NCBI RefSeq assembly: GCF_039654945.1 | Contig: NW_027362103.1 | Span: forward strand, 744,001 to 808,000 | DNA: 64,000 nucleotides | Source: Dendrobates tinctorius | Lineage: Eukaryota | Direction: 5' to 3' | Part shown: positions 62,246-64,000 of the stretch, one piece after another | Layout of the letters: every line of letters starts with the position of its first letter | Position numbering within the stretch: the first letter of the stretch is position 1 | The notes under the pieces: generated by a model | The model's input: the letters and a program-made list of their open reading frames with translations, nothing else | Database searches by the model: none | What the model was told of the DNA's origin: nothing | Position numbers and translations under genes: made by a program

Positions 62246-63173
62246 TGTAATGCTGATGAGAAACTAAGTCAGAGAGTGGACCCTCTGGATCGCGGATCCG
62301 GAGCCCCTGGGCCGAGCACGCCAGGTGATGACCGACCCCTATACAGGGATCGTTTGGGGCAGGACCACAGAGGACGGAGGCGCGACAGCCGGAACCAAGA
62401 GGGACGGCTCCACGGACAAAAGGCCTGGGAAGCCAGCGGACTGATATACAAGCAGGAGACTGCCCTTCCCGTGGTTGTTCCTTCCCGGGGAAAGACCTGG
62501 CTAGTCATTGCTTGCATTGAGAAACATGTGATGGTGTCTCCGCGGCTGTTGATTCTCATGCTTTTGCATATTTCCCATAAGGGATGGGGGCATTGCTCTA
62601 GATCACTGCGTTGAGAAACATGTGATGGTGTCTCCGCAGTGTTGGATGTTGATCTCCATGAGGTCACTCATCCTTATGTTCATATGATATACAAGCAGGG
62701 ACGGGGAGTACAGGAAAAGACACAATATGGAAATGGCAAGGGAAAGGACCAGGGCGAACTGGAGACAGAGGACGGGCACAGGGAATGGAAAGGAAGCAGG
62801 GCCTGGGCAGACTGAGGAGAGCAAGGGAACGACACTGAGGACGGCAGGGAGATAAGGCAGAGAAAGGTAAGGCTACAGGAGAACAGTAGCGGCCAGAGGG
62901 TGCAGAGAACTACACAATCATCAGGCGTCCTAACAGCGAGGACGCCTGAAATAGACCAACCCCCGGAAGTGCGTCCCCCAGTCCAGCCTCTCAGCGCCGC
63001 CCACCGCTGGAGAGAGAGAGCGGGAGGAGGCGTGCACGAGACGGGAGCCAGGAGCCGCCGTGAGGGAGAGTGGACGACGGGCGCGCGCCCGGACGGGAGC
63101 GCGCAGGTAAGGAAACGCTGCGGCGCGCGCTGCTACTGAAGGGGCATCGGCGGCTATAGCCGCCGATGTCACA
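62246..63173. mobile_element. Solo LTR inserted in CR1
   Basis: TGTAA...TCACA termini with 5-bp TSD CCCTT (62241-62245 / 63174-63178); the CR1 sequence rejoins across it. Confidence 0.85.
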
Positions 63174-63337
63174 CCCTTTATTAATTTTGTTGCCCTCCTT
63201 TGTACCCGCTCTAGTTCCAATATATCCTTCCTGATCACCGGTGCCCAAAACTGTACACAGTACTCCATGTGCGGTCTAACCAGAGATTTGTACAGAGGCA
63301 GTATAATGCTCTCATCATGTGTATCCAGAACTCTTAA

Positions 63338-63923
63338 AGGGAATCTGTTACCCCTTTTTTCGAATATGAGCTGCCGGCACCGCCATCAGAGGCTTATCTA
63401 CAGCATTCTGTAATGCATTCTGTAATGCTGTAGATAAGCCGCTGATGTAACCTGAAAGATAAGGAAAAAGAGTTAGATTATACTCACCCCGGAGTCCGGT
63501 CCAGCATCTCCCATCTTCATACGATGCTGTCCTCTTCTTCCCTTCCTGTCGTGGCTCCTGCACAGGTGCACTGCTCTGCCCTGTTGAGAGCAGAACAGAG
63601 TCCTGCGGTGCGCAGGCACTGGGAGAGGTACGGCGCCTGCGCACTGCAGTACTTTACTCTGCCCTCAACAGAGCAGAGCAGTGCACCTGTGCAGGAGCCA
63701 CAACAAGAAGGAAAGAAGAGGACGGCATTGTATGAAGATGGGAGGCGCCGGACTGCAACACCCATCGGACCGGACCGCCCCCCCGGGTGAGTATAATCTA
63801 ACTCCTTTTTCTTATCTTTCAGGTTACATCGGGGGCTTATCTACAGCATTACAGAATGCTGTAGATAAGCCCCTGATGGCGGTGTCGGCAGCTCATATTT
63901 GAAAAAAGGGTGACAGATTCCCT
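63338..63923. mobile_element. T2/Kolobok-type MITE inserted in CR1
   Basis: TTAA|AGGGAATCTGT...ACAGATTCCCT|TTAA; long imperfect inverted arms. Confidence 0.88.
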
Positions 63924-64000
63924 TTAATGCCCCCCATGATCCTGTTTGCCTTGGCAGCCGCTGCCTGGCACTGGCTGCTCCAGGTAAGTTTATCATTAAC

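Larger units (their letters stand above)
61787..64000 (-). mobile_element. CR1 LINE 3' part, interrupted twice
   Basis: EYCVQFWAP...LERVQRRATKLIKG and TRGHSLRL...FFTVRAVRIWNSLP motifs; 3' tail ATAGTAACATAG on the + strand. Confidence 0.92.

Noticed and set aside
62252-62275. CTGATGA-GAAAC hammerhead-like string
   Set aside because: No stem II between the boxes and no stem I pairing.

Overview
Eukaryotic, vertebrate DNA; the repeat content points to an amphibian, probably a frog (inference). The window holds coding exons 1-9 of a minus-strand LDHD gene (mitochondrial FAD-dependent D-lactate dehydrogenase), from the ATG at 55300 to exon 9 at 2914-3004. All introns are GT-AG and the reading frame stays open across them; the last exons lie off the left edge. 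The introns and upstream flank are inflated by ten unrelated tandem arrays (units of 10, 24, 24, 29, 33, 41, 43, 45, 46 and 69 bp). They also carry nested transposable elements: CR1 and L2 LINEs, a piggyBac-like TTAA element, a Penelope-like element (RT + GIY-YIG), a DIRS1-type tyrosine-recombinase retrotransposon, a Tc1 transposon, a Gmr1-like Gypsy element (integrase before RT), a solo LTR and two MITEs. Nearly all long ORFs in the supplied track are artefacts of stop-free repeats. Most notable: (i) four minimal type I hammerhead-ribozyme motifs from three different Penelope-type sequences inside LDHD introns, two of them on the transcribed strand; (ii) a 41-bp minisatellite that arose inside a CR1 endonuclease reading frame between 7-bp microhomologies; (iii) a near-perfect 498-bp CpG-rich palindrome; (iv) a DIRS terminus that places a consensus splice donor 72 nt from the exon 3 acceptor. 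I found no evidence for a wholly new protein-coding system. The elements belong to known classes, and the novelty lies in how they are arranged.
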